From Vicugna vicugna (Eukaryota): a stretch of DNA of 64,000 bases. This document shows positions 26,680-41,240 of the stretch, piece after piece. Both the position numbers and the translations under genes were made by a program. The stretch lies in assembly GCA_013265495.1 (NCBI GenBank), contig MU058844.1, positions 11,430,184 through 11,494,183 on the forward strand. The letters are read 5' to 3'. Under the pieces are notes generated by a model that saw nothing but the letters and a program-made list of their open reading frames with translations, was not told the origin of the DNA and made no database searches. Within the stretch, counting starts at the first letter, position 1. Every line of letters begins with the position of its first letter.

Positions 26680-27150
26680 TTTGTAAAGTGGCAAAAATCT
26701 TGGCTAAATTATTTCCTGCTATTGGGTGGAAGGTGGAACTTAAAGCAATGAGCTTGGATAATTAGCTAAGGAGATTTCCTAGCAAAGTGTTGAAGCTATA
26801 ACCTGCTTTCTCCTTGCCGCTTCTAGTGAATGTGAGAGAAAATAAAGAAATTTAAAAAGGAACTGTTAAGCAAAAAGGGACCAGAAATCTATGATTTGGA
26901 AATTTTTCAGCCTGTTCAGATAGTGTGGTCTGAAACGGGGCCAAGATGTGACTGTATAAACTTTTGCTGGAGAGATTAGACAAGCAACTCATGGATCAAA
27001 TCAACCATGTAAGCAGAAATACTTCTGGCTTGGACTGAACAGGGCAGAGATGGTTTGACGTAAAGAAGGGTGTTGGAATTCTGGGACTCTACAGACAGGA
27101 CATGGGCCAGTGGATCTACTCAGCTATGAACATGTTTAATCCTTCAAAAA
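26680..27150 (+). mobile_element. MaLR internal (MLT1-int) fragment
   Basis: aaagtggcaaaaatcttggctaaatt...ttagctaaggagatttcctagcaaagtgttgaag...gttaagcaaaaagggaccagaa. Confidence 0.75.
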
Positions 27151-27184
27151 AACAATTAGTCTAAGAGTCACTTAGAGGTCTCCT

Positions 27185-27442
27185 CTGCAACTGTGATTGT
27201 CATCCCATTTGTGGGTTGCCTGCTCAAGAGTGTGGATCTTGACTACATAGCACCTCTGCCCCTCCTATGTATCTCACTGGGGTTCCTTCTTTATATGCTT
27301 AGTCATGGAAAATCTTTCCTGCTAGTCTTTAGGTCATTCCCATATAGTTGCTCTATAAATAGTTATGATAGTTGTAATCACTGTGTGTCTATGGGAGGAG
27401 TTGCGTTCATGGTCTTCCTGCACCACCATATTGGCCACCCTT
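27185..27442 (-). mobile_element. L1 5' UTR terminal fragment (L1M2/L1MA9-like)
   Basis: ctgtgatt...tttgtgggttgcc...gtgtggatcttgactac...aaatagtt...gggaggag...caccatattgg (reverse of a caagatggc-like L1 start). Confidence 0.65.
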
Positions 27443-27859
27443 TATGATAAATTCTTAACAGAAGAATTGCTGTTATCAAATTGATTCATTTTCAACTTGA
27501 ATGGACAAGACAAGTTACTCAGCAGGAAAACTAGATGTAAATATTCAAAGAAAATACTTAACCGTAATTTGTTAGACTGTGAATTTCTCAAACTCAGGGA
27601 CTGATTGCTCCTGTCTTGGATTTTGCCATGTTCTCAGTGTCAGAACTACATCTAGCGTACGGTCAGCACACAATAAATATTAGTGGAATAAAGTAATATA
27701 GATTACATTGCATTTAAAGTATTTAATTTGCATCTAATTACTTTCACATCTGAAGCTGAACCCCTTCTCTTTAATATATCCATTGAGAAAATGTTGGCGA
27801 GGAAACAAGGACAGATTCTCTCACCTCACACTCCACATGAATTATGTACCCATTGTCCT

Positions 27860-28050
27860 TTGCCATTTACCAGTTTGTATGACCTCAGGCTACTTGCTTA
27901 ATATCTTTGAGTCTCCAATTTTCCATCTGTGGAATGAGTATAATAAAACCCTACTTTGTCTGCCTGTCAGGATTATTGTGAGATTTTACGGATATAATGA
28001 GAGCTAATGGTGCTTTGTACAAAATAAAATGGTCTACAAATAAAAGAGAT
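27860..28050. mobile_element. MIR SINE
   Basis: tgtatgacctcaggctacttgcttaatatctttgagtctccaattttccatctgtggaatgag. Confidence 0.7.
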
Positions 28051-29851
28051 TAACAGTTAAGGCCAGGTTTCATGTTCTGGAATGCACTGCACTTGACTCA
28101 TATTAACCTGAAAAGATTTCTGCAAACATTCTAAAGCTCCAAGCTCAGAAGCTACCTTTTCCGGTGCCCACCTGCAGGTGACGCCTCATAAAGGTTTGGA
28201 AATGGCATTTGTCTCTACTTTTCTCTGTCATACTCAGCCAAACAATGCTTCTTATTGATTTGTGCCATCAAAGCCACTCCCTTTCTCCAAGCATGGCATT
28301 TGCTATTTTCTCTTCGTAAGCACAGAAATCTAAAGGCAACACCAAATAAATAAATAAATAAACCCCCTACAGCTTAAGTATTGATTAAAAACAAGCCTGG
28401 TTCATTAAAAACATTGCTGGGATTTGAAACACTTAGAGGTAATCTTTTCTTTTCCTCAGCATTAAAAAATATAGTGATTTATAGATCTTAGTGGCTCTGA
28501 GAAGGAATTTGTTGTTATTTAAATAAGCCTTGGAATTTTTAAAAAACCAAGGCTGTAAATTAGAGTCCAAATTTCCCCTTATTCTATTTGGTACCTACAT
28601 AAGGGGAAAATAATTTTCCCTTTAGAATCATAATACGTCTCATCAATATTTGTGTAGCACTTTTTCTATGTGAGAATCTTTCGTATAATGTATCTTAGGC
28701 TTTGTCTCATCCCAGAATTTCCTGGTCCTCCTCCAAAAGGGACAAGGTCAAGGATGTGGTAGAGGTGAACTGAGTAGCCACTCACTACTCTCTCTAGGGA
28801 ACCTCCCAGAGAGGGAAAAATCTGTGCTCCTGTCAAAAGGGAATATGTGTTCCTATCTCAACCGACTGCATCGTGTTCCTCCTTCCAGTCAGGTGTCATC
28901 TTGGTTGGAGGGAAGAGTGGTGAGTCATAGGGTGACCCAGACCCTTTGCCCTCTAGAAGGACATTCAGCTAATATCACACTGTAGACAAAGGGAAATTAA
29001 AGACATTGTGGATTGAAATGATTCTTAAAACTTGCTCAAAACTCTTTGAGAATAAATTCTGTCATGGATTTATATATTTAGTCTTTTTAAAAAAAATATT
29101 TGAACTCTAATTATGCTATACATCAGTGGGCTTAATTTTCAGTATTAACTCACCTCCATCATAGGGTTTGCCATCTCCATGTATCAACTATACCATTGTT
29201 GTCTTACTTGCTTTATTTAAAATGGACAGATATCTACTTAAATTTCATTTTAAAGGGAGTTTCAAACCTATTATCTTTTCAAACCATAAATATAAAATGA
29301 TTATAAATAAAAATGCAACAAAACCAAAACAATGGTAAAAAAAATCCCACATTGTTATTATTGCCTGCCAAAAGCAATTTCTCTCTTTTTAAAAGGGACA
29401 GTGGGAGACAAGTGTTAAGACAAATAGAGTCTCAAAAATGCTTGATCTTAGTTGATCAGAGGATCAAGAGAGAATTGAAAGTGGAGTTACGCTGTAAGTC
29501 ATTGCACGTCCACGTACCACCTAAGAAGCTCTGGCTACATCCTTATCCTTTGGGAAGCACAGCAGTGCTATGTTTTTTCACCCTGTATCTCTTGAGCCTG
29601 TTGCACCTCCAAATCCTGGGGCTCCTACTTAAAAGGAAAAGGCAGACATATGACAACCATTTTAATGTGCAGGCAAAATATCCCAAGTAAACTTTCCAAT
29701 CTTCATCCAGATTTATTGATATTACTTAGGTGTAATCTCTGGCTATGACTGAAAAATTATTACAAAGTCCATAGGAACAGAACACAATGCATTCTAGGCC
29801 TATTATCCCAGAATGTCCTTCTTCAAAAAGAACATCGGGTACAGAAGCCGT

Positions 29852-29995
29852 GAGCAGCGCTTCTCAAACTTTCACGTGCATGTAAATCACTTGCAGATGT
29901 TGTTAAAATGCAAGCCTGAGTGGGGCCCGAAATTTTGTATTTCCCACAACTTTCAGAAGACGTCAGTGATGCTGCTTGGTGGATTGCCATCGAAT
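29852..29995. mobile_element. MER5-like hAT-Charlie MITE
   Basis: cagcgcttctcaaacttt...aatcacttgcagatgttgttaaaatgca...gtggggcccgaaattttgtatttcc...gtgatgctg. Confidence 0.75.
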
Positions 29996-30009
29996 GAAAA
30001 GCTCTTGCT

Positions 30010-30260
30010 TAAAGCACAAGCTCTGAATTCAAGTTCTGGAGTTATAAAGTCTATTGAATGCGACGTTCAACATTTGCACACCATGTGAATACGGACACGT
30101 TATTTAATTTCTTAAAGTCTGTTTCCTCATCTGTTAAGTGGGATATGAAAGGGTGGGGGCCACTCCACTGGATTGTTGTGCAGAACAAATGAGTAAATAC
30201 ATGTGAAACACACTGGACTATACCTGGCACTTATGAAGCCTTTAATTAATGTCAGCTCTT
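30010..30260. mobile_element. MIR SINE
   Basis: gttatttaatttcttaaagtctgtttcctcatctgttaagtggga...aaatgagtaaatacatgtgaaacac. Confidence 0.7.
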
Positions 30261-31099
30261 ACAACGAAGCCAAAGATGGTGATGGTGACGACACATTTTC
30301 AGCAATAGTTTTCTTTGAACAAAGGCCTACTGCTACATGGACCCAATTCTACTATCAACAGATCTTGGAAAACACCTGCCATATCTCATCATATTCATAA
30401 TCATCTCTTGCTACACTTCTTGTGTTCAACAGCCTCACTAAGTCATAAGGTAAATTCTCAATCCCTTGACAAAGTCATAAAACTTAAGCTGGCTTGTGAT
30501 TGTCCTTGTAATGCTCATTTCTACTTCTCCCCGTCAAACATTCTAATCCTTTAGCAAGACCAAACCATCTCAGACTACGTAGGCCACGCTTTCTTGTATC
30601 TCTTGGGCCTTCAAGAGACTCAGAGCACTGGAAACCTAGCATGTTTGCTCAGGGAATTTTACCTCCCAGTGGAGAACCAGAGCATCTTCTATAGAATTAC
30701 ACTCTTATCATTTTGCTCTTTTTTGCCATAATACCCTTTATCATATAATTTTTAAGATGACAGATATATGCCTCAATTCCCCCATTATTGTGTGCTACAT
30801 ACTTTGAGAGCAAGAACCATATAGGCACCAACAGCACCAGGTATGATAGTGAGAATTATAATTTTGGCATTCATTATATTACTTGGCACAGTGATACTAA
30901 GTGGTACTAAATATTTACTGAATTAATGAAAATCAGAAACTAAAATGATATATACATGATTGTAATATCCTTTCATTCACTCAGTCAGACACACTTTCAC
31001 TCATAAGGGAATATAATAATGTTTAGCCACCACTTGATATACATTAAAGGAGCACTATTTTGAAGAATTTCTAAATGAATGCAAAATTTACCCATTATG

Positions 31100-31808
31100 C
31101 ACAATCAATAATTCTCAAACCCTTCACAAAAATACTTTGGTGTGTCATGTTGAAAAAATTTGTGTCAAAAATGCTGAAATAAATGTTTGTGTGTTTATTT
31201 TAAAACACAAAGAGTTTACATTACTTATTATAAAATAATTTTTAAAATTTCTCAGCTCCTTCATTAATTAATGATGATTTTTAGTACATCTATCAACTCC
31301 AAAAATAGGACTGAATTGAGAAAAACCCACATTATGTATCAGATGTTTATGATAGGTAATTTTCTCTTTTTTTGTTTTCCAAAATTTTGAGATACCAAGT
31401 TTAATTTTTTTTAAATTCTTATTGTTTGGAAGTATACTCTGCATAGTTTTATGTTTCATACAGTTTTATATTATTTACATATTGGTATTTTTAAATCAAG
31501 AAGCATTTAAAAATCTTTGACATCTTATAATTATAATTGATAGCATTTTATTTGAATTATGCTTTATAACAGGTTATTTCTTAAAATCAATAGTATCTTA
31601 AACAATAAAATTTAGTATGTGGGGAAAAACTGGCAAAAGGTTTTTACCATTTGCTGAGTGGGTTAACATGACCATACAGGAGAAATGCCCAAAGTACTAT
31701 CAAAACCCTGATGTAACAAAGGTCAGCAGTACTGGAAAGTCTGATGTACATCTTTTCTTGTAAGGAGATAAGTTGCATAAAATTGCTAAGAGTTTCTGGG
31801 AACCACTG
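31100..31808. mobile_element. Old hAT-Charlie-like DNA transposon relic
   Basis: Starts caataattctcaaac and ends tttctgggaaccactg (Charlie-like inverted termini), with a very AT-rich interior. Confidence 0.45.
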
Positions 31809-31879
31809 ATGAGTCATGCTGACTACCTCATATAAATACTCCCTGAAGTTTTTCTTAAATGAAGAAGTGAGAGTGTCAC

Positions 31880-33010
31880 TTTTAATTCTGGCTATAATGA
31901 ACTAGCTTGTATCAGACGAATACTTTCACCAATAACAATAGGAAAAGATGGGTAATATGTACCAAAAACATCTGTTTGAATAAATGGGAAATCTACTAAG
32001 GCACTCAAACTTATACCCAAGATCCTGATGAGAAGTGCAGAGGGTCAGTCTGGCATTTAGTACATCATTTGTCCTGGAAGCATCTGACAGTTCATCAGTG
32101 ATGGATGAGCCACTGAGTAGTTTTTAGCAGTTGTAAAGGCCCGAGGTAAAAACACACACACACAAAAAAGAAAGGTGGTTAGAGTCTATCCGTGAGGAGG
32201 GAACCTGGTGAAATTCTCAAATTTTCAATTGGGATGCCTGAAAAGCTACAACCAAAGAATTAATGGAGAATCAGAAATAGTATTCACAATGACAGAAAGC
32301 CAATTTAACCTGATTGAGTTAAATGATCCTCTCCTAGTCTAACTCCTGCCACAGGCAAGAGGAAATCTTCAATGAAGAAAAATAATATCAAAAGACATTG
32401 TATCTATAATTTTTCATATATAACATTCAGCATGCAATCAAAAATTACTGGACACAGCAGTAGACTACACTACATCTGACACACCAAGAATGAAAAAGAA
32501 AAGAAAAGGAAAAATTCCTACTGGAGATTGTGATCAGGCCTAGACTTTGAAATAGCCACGATTAATGCATTAAAGAAAAATGGGGGGTGTATTGTTAATA
32601 CCAGCATATAACCAGGATCTCTGAAGAACTACTGCGGAAAGCATGGATAATAGCAGTTTAGACACAGCTAAAGAGAAGAGTAGTTGGAGATAGTTAAGTT
32701 AGTAGAATATATTTACATTAAAGCTTGGACAGTAAAAGAAAGGAAAATACAGAAAATAAGTCTACACACAAAACTACAAAATACTATTGACAGATATTAA
32801 GGAATGCAAAAATGGAGGGATTTTCATGGATTGGAAGACTCAGTAATGCAAAGTTATCAGTTTCCTTCCAATTTATATGTAATTTTGATGACATCTCAGA
32901 CAGTTTTTTTCATGGCATTTGACAAACTGATTTTTAAAATGTTGTGAAGATATGGAGAGACAGAGCTAGCCAGACAATATTGAAGAAGAAAAATAAAGAA
33001 GATATACAAT
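31880..33010 (+). mobile_element. Old L1M fragments (5'/ORF1 region and ORF2)
   Basis: ttcatggattggaagactcagtaatgcaaagttatcagtttcc...ttgacaaactgatttttaaaat...acaatattgaagaagaaaa; upstream region is L1M 5'-like. Confidence 0.6.
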
Positions 33011-36000
33011 ATCCTTAATATAGGTTACAATTCCCAGTCTTTTTTTGATACAAATTAGGCAATTTTTTTTCCAGTAAATAAGCTTTTTAAAGAATCAAGG
33101 TCGCCTTTATATATCTTATCTTTTTTTAATCATGCATTTTATCATCTATTACTCTTAAAATGTTTCATGTTTTCACAGACAACATCATAAAAATATATCA
33201 AAGGCAAATGAAATGGGCAAATATTCCATATTAATAATGTGATCCAACTGTAAAATAAAGAATTAGATTCACTTCAGTTCCTCAACCATTTGTAATCACA
33301 TTTAAATTGTAATCAGACAGCATTGTTTAATAAGGTCTAATTTTTTTCCAGTTTTGCTGCCTCTTTTTGATCCAAACATTGTTGACCATTTCTATACTGA
33401 GTTAATGATAACTACAATAATAACTACTTAGGAAGGTAAGCTCATGTGCTAGTCTAGAACTGAACCTTCTTAGGTAGTTCTAAAGCTGACCTTGAAATAA
33501 GCTTTGAGCAATTTTTATTTGCTATTTTCATCAAGTTATTATTTTGTGTCCAATAAACAATAGTTTCCTTTTTCTAATCTGTAAAATCTTTAGATGATTT
33601 GCATTTAAATTGTTCATGACTGTCATGTACATAGCACAAAAAGAGATGAGTTTATATAATTTTTGCTCAGGAGGATGACATTTTCATTTTTGGCATTCGT
33701 ATTTTATTTTTTTTATTGAAGTAGAGTTGATTTCCAGTGTTGTACTGGGATTCATATTTTATATAAGCATGAGAAACCATTCCATTCTTTATTGTCACCT
33801 ACCATCAAGTCACATGTGGTGATAGTATCTTCTTTGCTGTTGTCTTAACAATTTAATGTTCCTCTAAACTCTTTGTATTATGTTACATATTTTAGCAGAT
33901 TTATTGTCATATTTATAATAGGCTTTAATGTTTTAATTTCTAAATGATTGCTTCAAGCATGTTTTTAGCATTTTTTCTTTAGTAAAGCATAGTAAATTGG
34001 TAAACTACAGATGCAACTAAATCATGCTTTGGACTACTTAGCGCTCTTACTGATAAAGTAGAATTAAGCAATACGACATGTAACCAAAAGATCTAATCTA
34101 TAATAATTTCAGCAGAAAAATGAGGGGATTTTGGGGAGTCAAGTTTTTTCTTTAAGTAATTAAAGTAAAAACGAAAATTAAACTGGTTTATAAGGTGATA
34201 AGTAAAATCTTCAAAAGAGATTTTCAATGTCATCCTCTATAATTTCAGTTAGAAATTATTACAGCTCATCTATGCCATTCATTAGTATATTTTTCTTACT
34301 CTGAAACGGTATACTGTTCACATTGATACAGCTATACCATGGAATTGCCTAGTATCACAAAAGAACTCACTGTCAAAAACATTTACAAGATTGGCTGATA
34401 TGGTAAAGTGGAATTCTATTGATTTTGCATACAAGCGTGAATTAAAATAGTTTTGAAGAGTATATACATCCAAAACCATTTTTCTCCAAATATTCAGAGG
34501 GAAATGGGCATTGAACTGAAACATGCCTTGGTTATCTTTCCACCTGTGCCAAACAAGTGGAAATTTGGCAAATTTGCATGAGTTGTCGAAAGGAAGGTGC
34601 CGTAGTTTGAGAAGCATGATTCCCAGTGCTCTGAAATCTGCCCTTAGATTAAGCCAGGCCACTGGAGAAGGGGTTGCATTGTGCACATTCCCTTGTTCTT
34701 TGCTCTTCTTTATTCAAACTGTGGTTTTTGAATGATGCCTTCCCTGAATAAACAGGGAGGGTGTGAGTATATTTTCTGGATGGGTTCTAGCTACTACTGC
34801 TTCTTAATAGAAAACACATACCACTTTAAGAAAGTTCATTGCAAGATATACCTGGGACAAGAGAGAGAAATACCAGGGAAATCTAATAATAGCAACTGGG
34901 AGGTGTTTGGTGATCAAGAGTGATTTCATTTCTTCACCCTTACTCTCTCTCTAACCCAACCTTACTCCCACCTTGGGGCATAGAACATGAAATTAGTAAA
35001 TTAGATGACTGTACGTAAAATTAATATAAAACGTTCAATTTAAATTTCAATAGAACGGCTTTAAAAGTTAGGACCGTAAAGCACAAATACATCAATGAAG
35101 AATATTTAAAACTCAGTAAGATATTATTTTATTATCTGTAGGAAATGATCCTAACAGATGAGAAAGAAAATGTGAACAGAATTCAGAGGTGAATGTTTTA
35201 GAAAATATATTAGTTATATCCAAACCACAGAGAATTGCAGACTCAAAATGACTTATAATTTAGGCAACAATAAGGCTCGAAGTGTCCCTTTTGTGCTGCC
35301 TGACCAATGTTCTCTTTACATTTTGGAGCCTGTGGTAAATGACTATAAGAGAGGGTTTCATCAGAGCTGTCAGAAGGATGCAAAAATAAAATAAGTAAAT
35401 AAATAAAAACAGAATCACCCTGTTTCTGAGGATCTTCAGGTGGTGCCCCTGGCTTAGATCTCTGGTTGACAAGCAGTATCAGTTAGCTAAGACAGTTACC
35501 CCAAAATAAATCCCTGCAAAAACACTCCCAGATTAACTGAAACGAACAAGATTTCTCTCTTAGGTAAGAGAAGTACATAAAGAAGAAATTAAATATTTTA
35601 AAGTTTATAATTATAATTTAAAATACTTAAAGGGATATAATTTTCCAAGTTTATAAAGGGGATTGCATATTAATCAAAAATCTCCTTAAAAGTGATTATT
35701 TGCATTTGTCAGACTTGAAAACAGAATTAAAATATTTGTGAACTAAGCTTAAAATTTTAAGGAAAACCTAGCTTCTTTAATAAATCACATATGTATTTTA
35801 AAAATCAAAGTTGACCACTGAATAATCTTTTGGGTTTGCAAAAGCCACTGTGAAGCTATCGAAAATTCACTCTAAGAATGAATTAGAAGAAACTTAAAAG
35901 CTGATGACATTATTTTTTTCATTGTCATAATCTGCACTGTAGGTAACTTATAACAAATATTATCAATCATGGTATGGGTTTTATTGTGTCTACAGAGAAA

Positions 36001-36769
36001 CAAGTTTTTACATGCAACTGATCAGTCAGTAATCTTCCCTGATTATGGTATGACCTGTGAAAACTCATGATGCTAATAAAAGAACATGTTTTCATCAAGA
36101 GGGAACAAAGTAACCCAAACTATCTTATAACTGACGATCAGGTATTTTCAATGCCATCTTTGTTACCATACTTAAATTTCAAATGTTACATAATGCAAAT
36201 TCGATTTTTTAATTTCACTCTTTGCTGAGTTTTGTATATGAACAGACTGGCTAGGACTGAATGTCTGTGAATTGCACAAGCCCAGGAAATGGTTTTCATA
36301 TTGCAGTTTATAAAAACACTGGCACCTAAGATTAACAGCTTGGCCTATAGCCATGGTAACTCTTCCAAAATGGTACATTTTCAAGAAAAATTTCATAAAG
36401 TTACTGAATTAACTGTTCTTTGCTTCCTGTGGCTCATCTGAAGCATTAATTCGCCCATCTAGCACATTTTACTTGCAAGCACAATATTATATTTTTTGAA
36501 CTCCCAATAGCATGCTGTTGTAACTAGACAGAATTTTTTCTTTCACAGCAAAGTGAATTTAGGATTATCTAATATTGCTTGGTAATGTTATGAAAGGAAT
36601 TACTGGCATTGAAGTAATGCACATTACTTCCAAATCTTTCACCTCACTGTGCGGTCAGCCAAATTATATATTTATTAATTTTGTTAAGCTGGCCTCATGA
36701 GTCAATAGATTGAATAGAGTCCCTGTTAATTAAGTTTGCTGATGAAATGACTAGAAGCTTGGAGAATAG

Positions 36770-36872
36770 CTTTGGAATTAAAAATGAGTTTAACCAGCTG
36801 GAGGGGATTTATGCATTGGATAAGGACTGGACCAGATGACCTCTGTGGTCTTTTTCAACTCTGGGACTCTAT
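36770..36872. mobile_element. MIR3/L3 (CR1) 3' end fragment
   Basis: ggactggaccagatgacctctgtggtctttttcaactctgggactctat. Confidence 0.55.
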
Positions 36873-37411
36873 ACAAGATTGAGAAATCAATAAAACAAGA
36901 ATTTATATGAAATGAATACAATTGAAGAAAAAGTTAGATAGAATGAATTCATCATTTATATATATATACATATACACACAAACACATAAATACATAATAT
37001 CAAAATCGGGAATGAACAGTAAGCACAGACATAGCTTTGGAATATAATAGAAAGACAATCAAGTTAGGCTGACTTAATTATGACCCTGAGATACCTTGCT
37101 TGCTAAAAACTTTTCTGTGGAATATTTTTTTAATATGTGCCAGAGACTGACTTGGTGTTCAAACTTACAGTCTCTACTCCCTGGCTAAGTAACAAATTAC
37201 ATTTTCCTATAGTTAATGGAATTCCTGTAGACAAATTAAATTTTGACCGATAGAATGTGTGTAGAAGTGGCATTAAATGCAGGCCTTCCCAATAAATGCA
37301 AACTCATGCAATCCTGCATTCTCCTCTTTTTATTTAAATTAGCTATCATGGAGGAAACTCCAGGGCAAACTTGGATGTCCTGTATCAAAGATAAACTCAC
37401 TTCTAAAAAGA

Positions 37412-37438
37412 CACACACACATACACACACACACACAG
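37412..37438. repeat. (CA)n microsatellite
   Basis: acacacacatacacacacacacacag. Confidence 0.9.
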
Positions 37439-37489
37439 ACGTGCACGTATACATTTATTTTTTCTTACTGCACAATTAAAAACAGCAGA

Positions 37490-38280
37490 TGTCATGAGTA
37501 GGCATTTTAAAAGCATGCATCAACATATCCAAGAAAGGTATGAAAGATACTCACCTTCATTAGTCATCAAGAAATTACAAGTTAGAACCTCAATGAGATA
37601 TAATTGTATGCTACCAGAATGGCTACAATCTGAAAATAACTTACAAGGCCAAGTAGCGGTAAGACTGTGAAAGAACAGAAATTCTCATACACTGATAATA
37701 AAGGTATAAATTGAGAAAGAGTCTGGTGATACTACTGAAGCTTCTCATATACACATACTCTATGATCTAGCCACCTACTCCCAGGTGGTTCCCTAACAGA
37801 AATGCATACATAGCTTTACCAAATGTTCTATAAAGGAATGCTCAGAGCAACTTTGTTCATAATAGACAAAATGGGAGGATAAAGCCAACATTCATCAGCA
37901 GTAGAATGAATAAAAATTGTGCTATATTCATATATATGTGGAATATAATGGAACAAAAATTCCTTTATTCATGGCTGAATCATATAATATTGAACAAAAC
38001 AGCCCAGAAACAAAGACCAAGATATATAATTACACCTATATTAAGTTCAAACACAGGAAAACTAATTAATAGATAGATAAATAAGAATGGTAGTTACTTT
38101 CAGTGTGTTTGTGAGGCCATGAGGGGACCCTGAATTGAAGGGGATTCATGGAGGTTTCTGCCATGCTGAGACCCTGGTGTACTACTTCAGTTTGGGTTGT
38201 AGTCTCATTAATGTATTTATGTGCAAAAATTCATGGAGCTTTAGACCTAAAATTTGTGCACTTCACTGCAATTAAAAAGT
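37490..38280 (+). mobile_element. Old L1 (L1MC/ME-like) ORF2 end and 3' UTR
   Basis: atgaaagatactcaccttcattagtcatcaagaaattacaag...ctatgatctagcc...atttgtgcacttcactg. Confidence 0.8.
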
Positions 38281-39243
38281 TTTCATAAAAAGTTATAGTC
38301 TAACGAGGTTAGGTTAAATGTCCCAAACACATATCTGAAATATTAAAACAGTAGAAATGCTCTACAATTTCCTTTCTCAAAAGAGATTCAACGGTTTAGA
38401 TGCAATCATGTCCAGAGGCACGCTAGGAGATTAGATGACCTTTCCAAGTCTCTTTCAGCCCCATGATCCTATGATATTTCCTACAATGTGTTGTTTTTCT
38501 TAAAACCCCCCCTCAGTCTTTCCATCTTTCTAGTATTGAGTTGTCCAGGACTGAATTGAATACTCTAGGGGGTTTCTCACAAGGGCAACATAAGTAGAAA
38601 GTCTGTCACCTCTCTAATAGGTAATATGATGGAGTTGTATCCAGTGGGAAATCTCCATGGCATTTTGTGCAGCCCTGCTACAGTTGGATGGATAATGCAA
38701 GGTCATATACAATTTTCTCTCTGCTCTCACCTCTGGATATTTTAACATTATTTCTTCACAAGTTTTTCTTCATGTTGCATGCTTTGCTCTAGATTTATTT
38801 CTTTCCCTCAGAGGTACCAAATTGACTTCCCTTTTGTCAACTTGAGAAACCTTTTTTTTTAAACATTCGAAGTTTGTGAATACTACATGGGATGGAGAAC
38901 ACTAGTGATTTCAAGAAATTTTGTGAGAAAAAAAAATCAGTGGATTTTTTTTGTCATTATGTAAACCAGGGGATTAATTGATCAAATAGGTAATTTTGCT
39001 TTTAAACACATATTAGTGTCATGTGGATACAGTCAAAGAGTGAAAACTTTAAAAAGAGATGGAAAAAGAACTTAGAGAAAATGCACTTAGCATGACTACT
39101 GAGATTTAAGATTTCATTTATCAAATTTTTTTTCATGGGAATTACAAATGTTACTATTAATGCTACTTGTAAAACCTATGATTGACTAAGCTTCAAATAC
39201 TTTTAAAGTGAACTAATTCACACTAAACAATATGGCAATATGA

Positions 39244-39343
39244 GGAATCTGGGAAAAAAATGTAAAACTGAATTGCTTTGCTGTAGACCTGAAACTAACA
39301 TTGTAAATCAACTACATTTCAATAAAAAAAATTTTTTTAAAAG
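39244..39343 (+). mobile_element. ~100-bp 5'-truncated L1 with TSD
   Basis: ctttgctgtagacctgaaactaacattgtaaatcaactacatttcaataaaaaaa tail; perfect 15-bp TSD aatatggcaatatga at 39229-39243 and 39344-39358. Confidence 0.85.
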
Positions 39344-40644
39344 AATATGGCAATATGAAAACAGTGGTAAAATATTACAACTTGCAAATAAAATTTAATA
39401 CTAATTTCCTTTTGGTTTATGAAATGCAATGCATATATTTTGCAAATGTTGAACATCAAAAAAACAACGAAGAATTAGTTAGCTTCCTCTCAACATTGAC
39501 ATTTGGGGAACATTTTTAGTTGGAGAATTCACTGGGTACTAGAAGCCTATTATATCTGGAAGTTCCCCAAGTACAACATTTACTCTGGAGAAATAAACTC
39601 CCAGATTTGAAGACATCTACATTAATTGACACTACACCGTTTGTTCCCAGGCTTCTAAGGCTCTCCAAAGGCTGTAATTTTAGGACACACATTCAAACGT
39701 TATGCCACTGAATGGTTTGGGGCAACTACAGAAACACAGCATTCCATCAGTACTGTGCATCTGTGTACATAGCAATCTCTAAATGCAGCTAATGGAATCT
39801 CAGCATGAAACCAGAAAAGATTTTTCCAAACTCATTACAGTTGCAGGTTACTCCAGTTGAAAAATTGATTTTGCACTGGAAAGTAAAAATCTAACTTCAC
39901 AATGTCATCAATCATTGGGAAAACATAACTGAGGCCTGGAGGCAAAGCTTAACCATGCACAATTCATAGAAAATCTTCATGTCATTCAGAAGCAACCAGA
40001 ATGTAAACATAATTTGAAAGAGAACCTAAAGAAATGCAAACAGAAAGTTAGTATTTCTTTAAGAGGAAAACAACTTTTAAACATACAGCATCAATTACTA
40101 GGTATTCCAGTCCACGGACAATTTGTAAGAGAGAGCACAGCGACCAGAATTCATTTTCATTCAAGGAGAAGCTCCTTCTTCGACGACTAATGTCAGAGCT
40201 AAGACTCCTAAGTTATGCCCATCAGCATGCCTCGCAGGCAAATGAGTGTTTCATTTATTCACTCATTCAGTGATTCGTTTAACAATTTTTTAAACTTCGA
40301 CTGTTAACGTGACCTAATAAAGATTAGATTTTATAAACGATAATATCTAGCCTCATGTTTCTAAAAGTAGAGAACTTTGAAAGTATTTCTAAACACCCAA
40401 GAATTTCAGAGATCACTGATTGAAAAACACTGGTCTAGTTGATTTAAGATAGAAATAATATCCTTCCTCTGAGAGAGAATCAGATTCTTTGAGAATGTAG
40501 ATTCCACAATCAAGCCCAGAGCCCTGTTGCAACGTGTCAATCACATAGTTACTGCGTAAGTCAGAGAAGAATTTTCCTTAATGCCTATTGCCTGCATTCA
40601 TAGACCTGGTGTCTCGGACATCCTAGGCTTTAAGTTACACCTAA

Positions 40645-41240
40645 CCGGTGGGAGGCAGCCTCCAAAATGGCTGCCAACACCCTGCTTCCTGGTTCACACA
40701 CTAGTGTCCCTTGAGTGTGAACTAGACTTATTTACTTACTTCTAACAAATAATATACAGCAGAAGTGACAAGAATTTCACCTCTGAGGCTAGGTTGTAAA
40801 GAAGACTGTGGCTTTCATCTTGGGTTCTTGTTCTTTCTCGCGCTCTCACTCATTTGTTCACAATGTGTTGTTACATGTGGGCTTCCCTGTGGCAAGAACC
40901 ACGTGGCAAGGAAATGACGTTCTGTGGCCAACAGACGTGAAGGAACTAAATCCTGCCACCTGAAATGAGGAAAGTCTCCTGCCAACAAGCTGTGAAGCAG
41001 CTGAATTCTCTGAGGAACTCAATCCTACCAACAACCATGAGTTGGAAAGTACATCTCCTCCCACTTGGGTTTTCCGATAAGCCCACAAATGACAGCCTGA
41101 CTGAAGCATCAGGAGAGAGAGCAGGAGGCAGAGACACCCAGCTAAGTCGGGCTCAGACTCTAGACCCAGAGAGAATAAATGTTCCTTCCTTTACACTGCT
41201 AAGGTTTGAGGCACTTTGTTATACAGCAATAGATAATGAA
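40645..41240 (+). mobile_element. MaLR solo LTR (MLT1E/F/G-like)
   Basis: ggcagcctccaaaatggctgccaac...acttctaacaaataatatacagcagaagtgac...ctaaggtttgaggcactttgttatacagcaatagataa. Confidence 0.8.
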
